Assembly (NCBI GenBank): GCA_963770565.1
Contig: CAVYQE010000001.1
Span: 960,001-1,024,000 of the forward strand
Direction: 5' to 3'
DNA from: an uncultured Actinomycetota bacterium
GTDB lineage: Bacteria; Actinomycetota; Actinomycetes; JAFAQI01
Length of the DNA stretch: 64,000 bases
Shown: piece after piece, positions 40,344 to 49,607 of the stretch
Layout of the letters: each line of letters opens with the position of its first letter
Position numbering within the stretch: position 1 is the first letter of the stretch
The notes under the pieces: generated by a model
Database searches by the model: none
The model's input: the letters and a program-made list of their open reading frames with translations, nothing else
What the model was told of the DNA's origin: nothing
Made by a program: the position numbers and the translations under genes

Positions 40344-41834
40344 ATGGAGCCGATCCACCCGACGAACCAGGTGCTGTACGCGCGGGCCGCGGTGAAGCTG
40401 GACGAGCTCGAGCAGCTGCCGGTCGGGGTCGGGTTGTATGCCGGTCTGGTCGCGCTGCGGGCCACCCCGATGGATAGTGCGGGTGCGGTCCGGGCGACCG
40501 TGTTGTGGTTGCGGTTCGCGGCGCATTGCGAGGCGCAGTCGATGATCCCGACGGTTGAGGCGGTCAATTCTGCCGACCTGCTTGCCGAGGGCTTCGGTGT
40601 TGATGCGTCACGGTTGATCGGGCACGAGTTGGCTGCGATGTCGAGCATGCCGTACTCGACCTCGCTGGCGCGGGTGGCATTGGCTGACCAGGTCGCAGAG
40701 CAACTGCCGGCGTCCTGGGTTGCGCTCGACCGCGGCGAGATCAGCCTGGCCCATCTCAAGGCATTGGCCAGGGTGGTGAGCGTCGCGACACCGCGGGTCG
40801 CCGCGGCTGTCGAGAGCCGCGTGCTGCCTACGGCGATCCTCCGCGGGTGGACCCCGACTCAGCTGATGCGGGCAGCAGTGAAGGCGCTGATGGCCCTTGA
40901 TCCGGTGGCGGCCGCGGATCGCGCCGCGGCAGCGAAGGCTGACGCCGACGTTCGCTTGTATCCGGGGGTGGACGACACCGCGAGCCTTGTCGCGGTCGGC
41001 GCCGCCGGGCAGGTGCTCCGGGTCAGCGATGCGATTGAGATCCGCGCGGCCGAGCTCGGGCGGGAAGGCGACACCCGCCCGATTGGGCACCGTCGGATGG
41101 ATGCCCTCGCCGATTTGGTGCTCGGCAGCGACGCAGCCCGGCGACCGGTCGTCGAGACCGTGGTCACCGTCGACCTGACCACCCTGCTCGGGCTCACCCA
41201 GCGTCCTGGTGAGCTCTCCGGCTACGGCCCGATCACCGCCGAGTACGCGCGAGAGCTGTCGAAACAGGCGTGGCTGCGGCGACTGGTCACAGATCCCCTC
41301 GATGGCCGGATGCTCGACCTGGGCCGCGACCGCTACCGCCCGTCGGCCGGGCTTCGACGGCTGATCGAGGCGCGGGATCGGACCTGCCGTCACATCGGCT
41401 GCTCCCGGCGCGCGACCAGCTGCGACATCGACCATCGGGTCGCGTGGCCGCTGGGCGGGACCGACGAAGCGAACCTGCACCTGATGTGCCCGATGCATCA
41501 CGACATCAAGACCCGCAAAGCATGGCGAGTCGATATCGAGCCCGACGGGACCGAGGTGTTCACCTCCGCGCTCGGCTTCCAATACCGCCGGCCTCCGGCC
41601 ACCTACCCGATCGACCTGCCCGACCCACCCGACCAGACAGACCCGCCCGACCTCGTCGACCCGCCCGACCCACCGGACCGGACCGACCCACGCGATCCGG
41701 TCGATCTCTTCCCGCAGCCACCGCCACTCAACGAAGAGGAATACACCGAAGTCCGCACCGCCCTCAACGACAGCTTCGGAAACTACGCCGCCCGCGTATA
41801 CGACGTCCTTCGCCAAGCCGAACTAGTGTCTTGA
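40344..41834 (+). CDS. DUF222/HNH endonuclease (13E12-like)
   Basis: RDRTCRHIGC...CDIDH...NLHLMCPMHHDIKT; D/P-rich tail. Confidence 0.9.
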   Translation: MEPIHPTNQVLYARAAVKLDELEQLPVGVGLYAGLVALRATPMDSAGAVRATVLWLRFAAHCEAQSMIPTVEAVNSADLLAEGFGVDASRLIGHELAAMSSMPYSTSLARVALADQVAEQLPASWVALDRGEISLAHLKALARVVSVATPRVAAAVESRVLPTAILRGWTPTQLMRAAVKALMALDPVAAADRAAAAKADADVRLYPGVDDTASLVAVGAAGQVLRVSDAIEIRAAELGREGDTRPIGHRRMDALADLVLGSDAARRPVVETVVTVDLTTLLGLTQRPGELSGYGPITAEYARELSKQAWLRRLVTDPLDGRMLDLGRDRYRPSAGLRRLIEARDRTCRHIGCSRRATSCDIDHRVAWPLGGTDEANLHLMCPMHHDIKTRKAWRVDIEPDGTEVFTSALGFQYRRPPATYPIDLPDPPDQTDPPDLVDPPDPPDRTDPRDPVDLFPQPPPLNEEEYTEVRTALNDSFGNYAARVYDVLRQAELVS

Positions 41835-41865
41835 TGAGAGCCAAGGACGCCTTCGTGGCGGCGCG

Positions 41866-42912
41866 CTAGTCGATCAGGAAGCGTTCGAGTGGCCGGCGCG
41901 GCTGCGCGGCCACCTGCGGTCCGTAGCCGATTCGAAGCAGGAGCTGTGGCACCGCTCCGCCCCCGAGGATGTCGCCGATCTGCGCGCGGGTCGCCGACAC
42001 CTCGATCGCCTGGTTGAGGAAGCCGACCGATAGCCCCGCCAGCGATGCCCGCAGGTGCGCCCGTGCCATCGCTCGACCGGCGTCGAGCCAGGCCGAGCGA
42101 TCATCGGCGGAGGTGGACAGGATCGCGATGACCGGTGAGGCCCCGACCAGGTCGATGTTGTGGGCGCCACGCTGTTTGCCGATATCGAAGGTGCGCACGA
42201 TCAAGGGGCTGGTGAGCGCGACCTCCTCGAGCGGCGACCGCACCGTGTAGCCGTGCAGACCGTCGCGCTGGCGGCTGAACGGGCGGCGCAGCCACGAGGC
42301 AAGCTCACGGCGGAACCGCAAGTCCGACATCTGCTCCCCGTCGGCGGCCGCGACCAGCGACGCGAGTGCCTGCCGATCGTCGGCCTCGGTGAACGGATGC
42401 AGTACGGCGCCTTCCGCGGCGGCCTCGGCGGCGAGCTCCGCGATCAATGCCTCCTCGACGGGGGTGTCGTCGAAGCCCGCATGGCTGGATCGCCGTTGGG
42501 TGATCTGGTCGAACAGCGGCTCGAGCGTCTCATCAGTCGACGCACCGGTGGCGACCGTTACCGCTGCGCAAGCCTCCGGATCCTTCGGATCCGGCCAGTC
42601 GTCCACCTGGGCTTGCAGTCCGAAGTGTGCAAGCGCGATCCGCAGCGTCATGATCGCGGCCCCGACGCTCATTGTTGCCTCGCGGTCGAGCGGATCGGCG
42701 ACGGCAAGGCCGCGGCTGACGTCGAGCCCCACCGTGACGGTGGTGTCGTCGACCTTGAACCACCAGGGCTGGCTGTTGTGCCCGCTCGCGGCGAGGACCG
42801 CGTATCTCAGGCAGAACTTGATGGCGTCCTCGACACTGCCGCGCGCCGGAAAGTCGGCCGCATCGGGGATCCAGTCGGGCTCGATCGGCGGCGGTGTGTT
42901 GGTCGTGGGCAC
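41866..42912 (-). CDS. Acg-family nitroreductase-like protein
   Basis: AASGHNSQPW, SVGAAI, RRSSH, WLDAGR, LLRIGYG, PRRP. Confidence 0.88.
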   Translation of the reverse strand: MPTTNTPPPIEPDWIPDAADFPARGSVEDAIKFCLRYAVLAASGHNSQPWWFKVDDTTVTVGLDVSRGLAVADPLDREATMSVGAAIMTLRIALAHFGLQAQVDDWPDPKDPEACAAVTVATGASTDETLEPLFDQITQRRSSHAGFDDTPVEEALIAELAAEAAAEGAVLHPFTEADDRQALASLVAAADGEQMSDLRFRRELASWLRRPFSRQRDGLHGYTVRSPLEEVALTSPLIVRTFDIGKQRGAHNIDLVGASPVIAILSTSADDRSAWLDAGRAMARAHLRASLAGLSVGFLNQAIEVSATRAQIGDILGGGAVPQLLLRIGYGPQVAAQPRRPLERFLID

Positions 42913-43022
42913 TGGGTGGCTCCTCCGCTGCGTCGCCGCCAGGCCCCGAGAGGCGCAGCCGACGATGTCCACGAGCAGCATAAGCACTGCCGAAACCGGC
43001 TGCGGGTCCTTCGCAGAGCGGA

Positions 43023-43040
43023 ACGGGACGTTCGACCCTG
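43023..43040. promoter_or_regulatory. DosR-box-like site
   Basis: ACGGGACGTTCGACCCTG between the divergent acg and usp genes. Confidence 0.7.
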
Positions 43041-43092
43041 CTCATTCGGGTCCGGATCGGCTCAAAGTGGAAGGAGACCAAGGAGGCTCACC

Positions 43093-43515
43093 ATGACTGG
43101 ATCTGCACACCCCCCGGTCGTCGTGGTCGGTGTTGACGGTTCGACCGACTCAGACGCCGCGCTGGCGTGGGCGCAGCGCTATGCCCACGCGAATGGCGCA
43201 CTGCTCCAGGTCGTCGTCGCGTGGCATTGGCCGACGTCGTACGGCTTCCCGATCGGGTACGACGGTTACTCGCCCGAGGCGGATGCCCAGGACCTCGCGG
43301 ACAAGGCCGTCGCCGGCCTCGACCTACCGGACGAGCGGGTCCGGACCGTCGTGGTCGAGGGCTTTGCCGGCCCGACGCTGGTGAGTGCGAGCGAGCAGGC
43401 CGACCTGCTGGTCGTGGGTTGCCACGGTCACGGCGCGATGTCCAGCGTCCTGCTGGGCTCGGTCAGCGCGCATTGCGTGCATCACGCCAAGGTTCCGGTC
43501 GTCGTCGTCCGCTGA
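43093..43515 (+). CDS. Universal stress protein (single domain)
   Basis: VVVGVDGS...GCHGHG...LGSVS...HHAKVPVVVV. Confidence 0.93.
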   Translation: MTGSAHPPVVVVGVDGSTDSDAALAWAQRYAHANGALLQVVVAWHWPTSYGFPIGYDGYSPEADAQDLADKAVAGLDLPDERVRTVVVEGFAGPTLVSASEQADLLVVGCHGHGAMSSVLLGSVSAHCVHHAKVPVVVVR

Positions 43516-43533
43516 TCGCGGCTCGTCACGACG

Positions 43534-44271
43534 CTACGGCGTACGGCGTCGCAGCGTCGCTGCACCAAGGCCGACGGCAGCCAGGACGCTGCCCAGCACG
43601 ACCACGAGGTCGACCGCCAGCCCGCCGGACCATTGCTCGCCGTTGCCGACCCGGTGCATGGCGTCGATCGCGTAGCTCAACGGCAACACGTCGGACACGG
43701 CGTGCAGGACCGGAGCCATCTGGTTCCGCGGAATGAGCAGGCCGCCGAGCAGGATCTGCGGCAGCACGGTGGCCGGAAGGAACTGCACCGCCTGGAACTC
43801 GGTGCGGGCGAATGCCGACAGGAACAGGCCGAGGGCGGTGCCGAGCAGGGCGTTGCAGGTGGCGATCACCATGATCAGCACGACGCCGCCCGCGACCGTC
43901 ATGCCGAGCACGCCGAGCGACAGCGCGGTGGCCAGGCCGACCTGGACGATCGCCACGAGAGCGAAGGCGAGCGCGTAGCCGGCGATCAGGTCGAGCTTGG
44001 CAATCGGCATGGTGAGCAGTCGCTCGAGGGTCCCCGAGGTTCGCTCGCGCAATGTTGCGACCGATGTCACCACGAACATGGTTGTGAACGGGAAGATGCC
44101 GAGCAACTCCGGGCCGATCCGGTCGAAGACGAGCGGCGATCCGTTGAAGACGTAGCGCAACAGCGTCATCAGCACGCACGGCACGATCAGCAGCAATGCG
44201 ACCGTACGGGGATCGCGCCGGAGCTGGGTCAGCACGCGGCGGGTGGTGGCGATCGTCAGGCGAGGGTTCAT
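43534..44271 (-). CDS. ABC-2 type permease
   Basis: LRERTSGTLERL, ARTEFQAVQF. Confidence 0.9.
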   Translation of the reverse strand: MNPRLTIATTRRVLTQLRRDPRTVALLLIVPCVLMTLLRYVFNGSPLVFDRIGPELLGIFPFTTMFVVTSVATLRERTSGTLERLLTMPIAKLDLIAGYALAFALVAIVQVGLATALSLGVLGMTVAGGVVLIMVIATCNALLGTALGLFLSAFARTEFQAVQFLPATVLPQILLGGLLIPRNQMAPVLHAVSDVLPLSYAIDAMHRVGNGEQWSGGLAVDLVVVLGSVLAAVGLGAATLRRRTP

Positions 44272-44984
44272 GCCGAATCTCCGGCATCGGCGATCCGGAG
44301 GAAGGCATCCTCGACGTCGCTGCCACCGGTGCGCTCGAGCAGGCCGGCGGGCGTGTCGTCGGCGACGATCGTCCCATCGCGCATGAGCAACAACCGGTGG
44401 CAGCGTTCGGCTTCGTCCATGACGTGACTCGACACCACCAGCGAGACCCCGGACGCCGCGAGGTCGTGGAACAGCGCCCACAGGTCGCGGCGCAGGACCG
44501 GGTCGAGTCCGACCGTCGGCTCGTCGAGCACCAGCAGCTCCGGCCCACCGAGCAGCGCCGACGCCAGCGAGACCCTGGCCCGCTCGCCGCCGGACATGCT
44601 GTCGACCACCTGACCCATCCGGTCGCTGAGGTCGACCTGGTCGACCACCCGCGCGATGTCATCCGGCGTCGCGCCCAGGATCGTCGCGTAGTAGCGCAGG
44701 TTCTCCGAGAGGGTGATGTCGGTGTAAATCGCCGGTGACTGGGTCACGTAACCGATCCGCGATCGCAGGTCGGCTGATCCGGCCGGCCGGCCGAGCACCT
44801 CGACCGTGCCGCTCACGATGATCTGGACGCCGACCAGACAGCGCATCAGCGTGGTCTTTCCGCTTCCGCTCGGCCCGAGCAACCCGGTCACGGTGCCGGC
44901 TTCGACGCCGAAGGAGATCTTTCGCAGCACCTCGCGGCCCCCGCGCTCAACGACCAGGTCGGTGGTCGTGATGACTGCCGGCAC
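44268..44984 (-). CDS. ABC transporter ATP-binding protein
   Basis: GPSGSGKTT, MSGGE, LDEPT, SSH. Confidence 0.92.
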   Translation of the reverse strand: MPAVITTTDLVVERGGREVLRKISFGVEAGTVTGLLGPSGSGKTTLMRCLVGVQIIVSGTVEVLGRPAGSADLRSRIGYVTQSPAIYTDITLSENLRYYATILGATPDDIARVVDQVDLSDRMGQVVDSMSGGERARVSLASALLGGPELLVLDEPTVGLDPVLRRDLWALFHDLAASGVSLVVSSHVMDEAERCHRLLLMRDGTIVADDTPAGLLERTGGSDVEDAFLRIADAGDSA

Positions 44985-45018
44985 GGTTGGGTGTCTGCCT
45001 TCCTTGGTCACCGTCGTC

Positions 45019-45036
45019 GAGGGACCTTCGGCCCTA
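45019..45036. promoter_or_regulatory. DosR-box-like site
   Basis: GAGGGACCTTCGGCCCTA between the ABC genes and the usp cluster. Confidence 0.8.
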
Positions 45037-45090
45037 GTAGCGACAGCGATCGCGAGTGAGACTAGCGCCTGCCCATCTAGGAGGTCGGAC

Positions 45091-45513
45091 ATGACGGAGC
45101 CCAGAAACACGCCAGTCGTGGTGGTCGGAGTTGACGGTTCACCGGCCGCTGAGCGCGCCCTCGAATGGGCGACCGCGTACGCCGAGTCCGCCGGTGCGAC
45201 CCTGCGGGTTGTCTGCGCCTGGGCGTTGCCGACCTCGTTCGGCCGTCCGGTGCCGCACGAGGGCTATGAGCCCGCCGTCGCCGCTCGACAGGTCGTCGAG
45301 AAGGCAGTGGCCGGGCTAGGCCTTCCCGCGGACCGGATCGAGACACTGGCGCCGGTCGGATCGGCCGGCGAGGTGCTCGTGGACGTGAGCAAGGACACCG
45401 ACCTGCTCGTGGTAGGTCGCCACGGCCATCGCACCATCGTCAGCCACCTGCTCGGTTCAGTGAGTTCTTACTGCGCTCATCACGCCCAGGTCCCACTGGT
45501 CGTCATCCACTGA
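45091..45513 (+). CDS. Universal stress protein (single domain)
   Basis: VVVGVDGS...GRHGH...LGSVS. Confidence 0.93.
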   Translation: MTEPRNTPVVVVGVDGSPAAERALEWATAYAESAGATLRVVCAWALPTSFGRPVPHEGYEPAVAARQVVEKAVAGLGLPADRIETLAPVGSAGEVLVDVSKDTDLLVVGRHGHRTIVSHLLGSVSSYCAHHAQVPLVVIH

Positions 45514-45568
45514 CCCGACCGGGCGTCGCGGTCAACAGGCGAGAACTCAACACCAGCGAGGAGGAGCA

Positions 45569-45988
45569 ATGTCGAACGACCAGACCGGGACCATCGTCGT
45601 CGGGATCGACGGCTCGACCGAGAGCATCGCGGCGGTCAAGTGGGCCGAGCGCTATGCGACCGCCAGCGGCGCAACGCTGCAGCTCGCCATCGCCTGGCAG
45701 CACGCCATGGCGTACGGCCAGCCGATGATGTTCGAGGGATACCACCCGGAATCAGACGCGCAAGCGGTCGTCGACAAGGTCAAGGCCGATCTGAGCCTGC
45801 CGGCCGACCGGGTCGTGACCCGGACCGCGGAAGGGTCAGCCGGGGTCGTGTTGGTCGGGGCCAGTACAGGTGCGCTCGCGCTCGTGGTCGGCAGCCGGGG
45901 GCACAGCGGGGTCGACTCGCTCCTGCTCGGTTCGGTGAGCAGCTACTGCGTGCATCACGCTGCCTGCCCTGTCGTCATCGTCCGCTGA
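45569..45988 (+). CDS. Universal stress protein (single domain)
   Basis: IVVGIDGS...GSRGH...LGSVS. Confidence 0.93.
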   Translation: MSNDQTGTIVVGIDGSTESIAAVKWAERYATASGATLQLAIAWQHAMAYGQPMMFEGYHPESDAQAVVDKVKADLSLPADRVVTRTAEGSAGVVLVGASTGALALVVGSRGHSGVDSLLLGSVSSYCVHHAACPVVIVR

Positions 45989-45995
45989 GCCGTTC

Positions 45996-46853
45996 ATGGC
46001 CGCCGATGCCGCAGCCGGCGGCCCTCAATCGCTGCCCGGGGTAGCTGAGCTGCTCGTCCCGGTGGACCTCTCGCACGCCTCATGGCGGGCGCTTCCGCTG
46101 GCGCGCTGGATCGGCGATGAGCTGTCGGCCGCAATCGTGCCGCTTTACGTCGACGCCACCTCGCCGGCCACCGGGTCGGAGACCGCGCGACCGGTCGTGC
46201 TCCGCACGAGCGTGGCCGGGACGGCGGTGGCAGTGCAGGTCCTCCCGGGACCGGACGCCGCCGAGGTGGTCGGGCAGCGCGCCCAGCGTCAGCCGGGCAG
46301 CGTGGTGGTCATGTCGACGCATGGTCACAGCTCGCATCCGGAGCTGGCCTGGGGCGAGCTGTGCGACCGCCTGCTGATGGAACACCGGGCCGGAATTCTC
46401 GTCGTCGGCCCGAACTTCGACGCCGACCGCAACGCCGCCGTCAAGCGCGTGGTGGTCTGTATCGACGCGGCCGCGCCGGACCACGAGATTGTGCAGGAAG
46501 CCCTCGCCTGGGCGGATCGGCTGAACGTGAGCTTGATCGTGGTGACGGTCAAGGGCCACGGCCGGTCCCGGCCGGGTGACGACGACACCTACCACGTGCT
46601 GGCATCGGTGTTCGAGGAGCTTCCGCCGGCGCGGGTCTCGGTGACCGCGGAAGCCCTCGATGACCTCGACGTCGCGCCTGCACTGTGCCGGTTTGCCGAG
46701 CGTCAGTCCGGAACATTGCTGGCGTTGGCGCCGGGTGCGGCACCGCGCGCGGTGCATGCGATGACGCACAGCGTGACGATGGCGGTCGCTCGCGAAACCC
46801 GCAGTCCGATGCTGCTTCGCTGGCATCGCGGCGAACCCGGCGATGTGCCGTGA
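45996..46853 (+). CDS. Tandem-domain universal stress protein (degenerate)
   Basis: LLVPVDLS...VVMSTHGH...VVVCID. Confidence 0.75.
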   Translation: MAADAAAGGPQSLPGVAELLVPVDLSHASWRALPLARWIGDELSAAIVPLYVDATSPATGSETARPVVLRTSVAGTAVAVQVLPGPDAAEVVGQRAQRQPGSVVVMSTHGHSSHPELAWGELCDRLLMEHRAGILVVGPNFDADRNAAVKRVVVCIDAAAPDHEIVQEALAWADRLNVSLIVVTVKGHGRSRPGDDDTYHVLASVFEELPPARVSVTAEALDDLDVAPALCRFAERQSGTLLALAPGAAPRAVHAMTHSVTMAVARETRSPMLLRWHRGEPGDVP

Positions 46854-47350
46854 CAGCAGAACCCGCCGGCTCGGCCATCCCGGCCAGTGACTTCCCCGAG
46901 GCGCCATCCCGTTGGCACCGGGCGATCCGGGCGTGGCGGCACGAGACCGAAGAGATCGACCAGTTGGGCGATCGGATTGCTGACTCCGAGACCCGGGCGA
47001 TGATTCGCCGACTCGGCCAGTCATACCTGGAGAGCAGCGAGGCGGCGTTCGCCGGCGCGGCCCACTCCTCTGAGTTCGTGTCGGACCTGGCCTGGCTGGC
47101 GCTGGACTTCGAACGAGTCGGGGCGGGACGCCAGGCCGCGGTCGTCCTCGCGCGCTACCGCGAGCTGGCGGCGACGACGTACCCGCTGTCGTTGCTCCAC
47201 TTCTATGTGGGCTATCACGCGATCGTCCGGGCGCGTCTGTCGGTGATGCGCCGCGGCACGCGGCGCCCGCACGATGCTGAGGTACGCCGGATGGTCGAGA
47301 TCGCGGTCGAGCACCTGCGGCGCGCAGTCCGCGATGCAGTGCCGGCTTAG
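46850..47350 (+). CDS. Short protein resembling the helical part of the Rv2004c-type phosphotransferase-like domain
   Basis: DLAWLALDFER...YRELA...LLHFYVGYHAIVRA; no HGD or P-loop motif. Confidence 0.55.
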   Translation: MTAEPAGSAIPASDFPEAPSRWHRAIRAWRHETEEIDQLGDRIADSETRAMIRRLGQSYLESSEAAFAGAAHSSEFVSDLAWLALDFERVGAGRQAAVVLARYRELAATTYPLSLLHFYVGYHAIVRARLSVMRRGTRRPHDAEVRRMVEIAVEHLRRAVRDAVPA

Positions 47351-47357
47351 TGGCTGG

Positions 47358-48017
47358 CTATTCCTCGATCGACTTGCGCTGGACCTCATGGGCCAGGACC
47401 GCCGCTTGGGTGCGCCGCTCGAGGCCGAGCTTGGCCAGCACGTTCGAGACATAGTTCTTGACGGTCTTCTCGGCAAGGAACATCCGCTCGCCGATCTGCC
47501 GGTTCGTCAGGCCCTCGCCGATCAGGTCGAGCACCTTGCGCTCCTGGTCGGACAGACCGGACAGGCGATCCCGGGTCTCGCCGTGGGTACGCAGCCGCTC
47601 CATCACCCGGCGGGTGGCGGTCGGGTCGAGCAGCGATCCACCGCCCGCAACGGTCCGGACCGCACCGACCAGGTCCGACCCGCGAATCTGCTTGAGGACG
47701 AAGCCCTGAGCGCCGGCCATGATGGCGTCGAGCATCGCCTCGTCGTCGGCGAACGACGTCAGCATGAGACATGCCAGCTCCGGCATGGCCGCACGCAGGT
47801 CGCGGCAGACGTTCACCCCGCTCCCATCCGGCAGCCGGACGTCGAGGATCACCACCTGCGGCCGCAGTGCGGGGACGCGGGCCAGGGCCTCCGATGCCGA
47901 GGACGCTTCACCGATGACGACGATGTCGCCATCGGCCTCCAGCATGTCCTTGACACCCCGACGGACGACCTCGTGGTCGTCACACAAGAACGCTCGGATG
48001 GGTTCGGTCACCCACAT
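47358..48017 (-). CDS. dosR: DosR/DevR-like response regulator (copy 2)
   Basis: [28 protein letters not shown]...RRTQAAV. Confidence 0.88.
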   Translation of the reverse strand: MWVTEPIRAFLCDDHEVVRRGVKDMLEADGDIVVIGEASSASEALARVPALRPQVVILDVRLPDGSGVNVCRDLRAAMPELACLMLTSFADDEAMLDAIMAGAQGFVLKQIRGSDLVGAVRTVAGGGSLLDPTATRRVMERLRTHGETRDRLSGLSDQERKVLDLIGEGLTNRQIGERMFLAEKTVKNYVSNVLAKLGLERRTQAAVLAHEVQRKSIEE

Positions 48018-48083
48018 ACCGTACGGCGAACGGCCGCGAGGGATCGGGATTGGACGTCAATCAGCCGGCCGGCCGGCGCTCGA

Positions 48084-48515
48084 CTAGGCGCTGACGGCTC
48101 CGGTGATCGCGCGGCCGGTGATGATTCCGGGCACGATCTTGACGAACATCGATCCATCGGCGGCACCTGCGCTGCTGAGCCCGAGCTCCACCGCACGCAG
48201 CCACTCGCTGGCGTACAGCACGGTCGCCGTGCCGACCACGACCACGCTCCAACCGGCCTCGGTAGACGGATCGAAGTCGTCGATCTCAAAGGCCACGATC
48301 GTGTTGCGGCAGGTGCGGTCGAGGAGGCCGCCCTGTTGGGTCCGGAAGACCACATTGGCGGAGTCCATGGCGTAGTTGACCGGCACGATCAGGGGCAGTG
48401 CGCCTTCGCTGACCGCGAGCCGGCCGAGCTGGTGCGCCTGCAGGCGCGTGACGCACTCGTCGCGGGACAGTTCGCGGACCGTATTGATCGGGGTGAGGTT
48501 CTCGGTGTTGTTCAT
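48084..48515 (-). CDS. Pyridoxamine 5'-phosphate oxidase-like (Rv0080-like) protein
   Basis: ELSRDEC...LGRLA...PVNY...VAFEID...GWSVVV...ITGR. Confidence 0.88.
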   Translation of the reverse strand: MNNTENLTPINTVRELSRDECVTRLQAHQLGRLAVSEGALPLIVPVNYAMDSANVVFRTQQGGLLDRTCRNTIVAFEIDDFDPSTEAGWSVVVVGTATVLYASEWLRAVELGLSSAGAADGSMFVKIVPGIITGRAITGAVSA

Positions 48516-48973
48516 CGGGTCGACCCGGCAAGAAGTGCGTCGTCGGAGGCGCACTCGCGACGGAGCCCGAAGTGGGCGACCGCGCGCAGGATGTCGCTGA
48601 TGGTGATCAGGCCGAGCAGCCGACCGCCGTCATCGACGACCGGGACCGCCTCGAGCCGCTCGGTGTTCATGAGCGAGGCGACGTGGGCCAGTGGAGAGGC
48701 GGGCAGGACGCACGAGGTCCGGTCGTGGAGCAGGGTGCGGATCGGCGTCGATCGCAACGCCGACGGGCCGCGCTGCCAGGCCTGGACCAGCACCCGGTCG
48801 TCGACGATTCCGATGCAACGCTCACCCGAAACCACCACAGCATGGTGAACGTGGCAGTTGATGAGCACCGACCAGGCATCCCAAATCGTCCCGGAGTCCT
48901 GAACCGTGACGACCGGTGATGTCATCACGTCGGCCGCCGTGACATCGCGGTACGGAGCGGCGATCGATGTCAT
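48512..48973 (-). CDS. CBS-domain protein
   Basis: DVMTSPVV, VPVVDDGGRLLGLITISD. Confidence 0.85.
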   Translation of the reverse strand: MTSIAAPYRDVTAADVMTSPVVTVQDSGTIWDAWSVLINCHVHHAVVVSGERCIGIVDDRVLVQAWQRGPSALRSTPIRTLLHDRTSCVLPASPLAHVASLMNTERLEAVPVVDDGGRLLGLITISDILRAVAHFGLRRECASDDALLAGSTR

Positions 48974-49034
48974 GGCCTCCTCCGATCTTCGGTTGTTCCG
49001 CACTCTCAGCGTGCTCCTGATGGGGTTCCCGGGC

Positions 49035-49052
49035 TAGGTGCGCAGGTCCCGA
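49035..49052. promoter_or_regulatory. DosR-box-like site
   Basis: TAGGTGCGCAGGTCCCGA between divergent CBS genes; second half-site CAGGACCAAGGTC adjacent. Confidence 0.55.
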
Positions 49053-49107
49053 ACAGACAGGACCAAGGTCGGTAGCGACCGCGCGCGAATGGTCGCACCA
49101 TGTGACT

Positions 49108-49599
49108 ATGACCACCGATGAGAAGGAGCACTGCGCGACCGAGGTGAACGTCAGCGCAGTGATGAGCCAGGCGCTGCTGACCGTTGATGCTTCCGAATCC
49201 GTGCTCATGGCGTACGAGCTGGCGAGCCGTGCCGGTATCCACCACGTCCCGGTCATGGCCCCGGACGGGCGCTGCGTCGGCGTGGTGGGCCTGGACGAGC
49301 TGCGGGTCTGGTCAATCGGACCGCTGGGACAGTCACGCCCCCCGGTCGGCGATCTGATCGACCGTGCGGACGCCCGGGTCACTCGGGCGGCAACGCTTCA
49401 GGAGGCCGCCGCGATGATGGCGGCACACCACACCGACGTCGTCCTGGTCGTCGAGGAAGATCGTCTTGTCGGCCTGCTGACCTGGCGCGACGTGGTGCGC
49501 TGGGTGGCCGGTCTCGCCGGAACCGATCACGGGACCCCGCGTAGCCGGCCGGTGCTGTTCTCGATCGACCCCGTGATCGCCCTGCCGGACCGATCGTGA
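49108..49599 (+). CDS. CBS-domain protein
   Basis: VSAVMS, HHVPV...GVV, LVGLLTWRD. Confidence 0.85.
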   Translation: MTTDEKEHCATEVNVSAVMSQALLTVDASESVLMAYELASRAGIHHVPVMAPDGRCVGVVGLDELRVWSIGPLGQSRPPVGDLIDRADARVTRAATLQEAAAMMAAHHTDVVLVVEEDRLVGLLTWRDVVRWVAGLAGTDHGTPRSRPVLFSIDPVIALPDRS

Positions 49600-49607
49600 G
49601 CCTGCGC

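Noticed and set aside
42160-43092. Long N-terminal extension of the Usp ORF (likewise for arcC, arcA, cydA, cydD and REC-EAL)
   Set aside because: The extensions overlap other genes or DosR boxes; RBS position and family motifs support the downstream starts.
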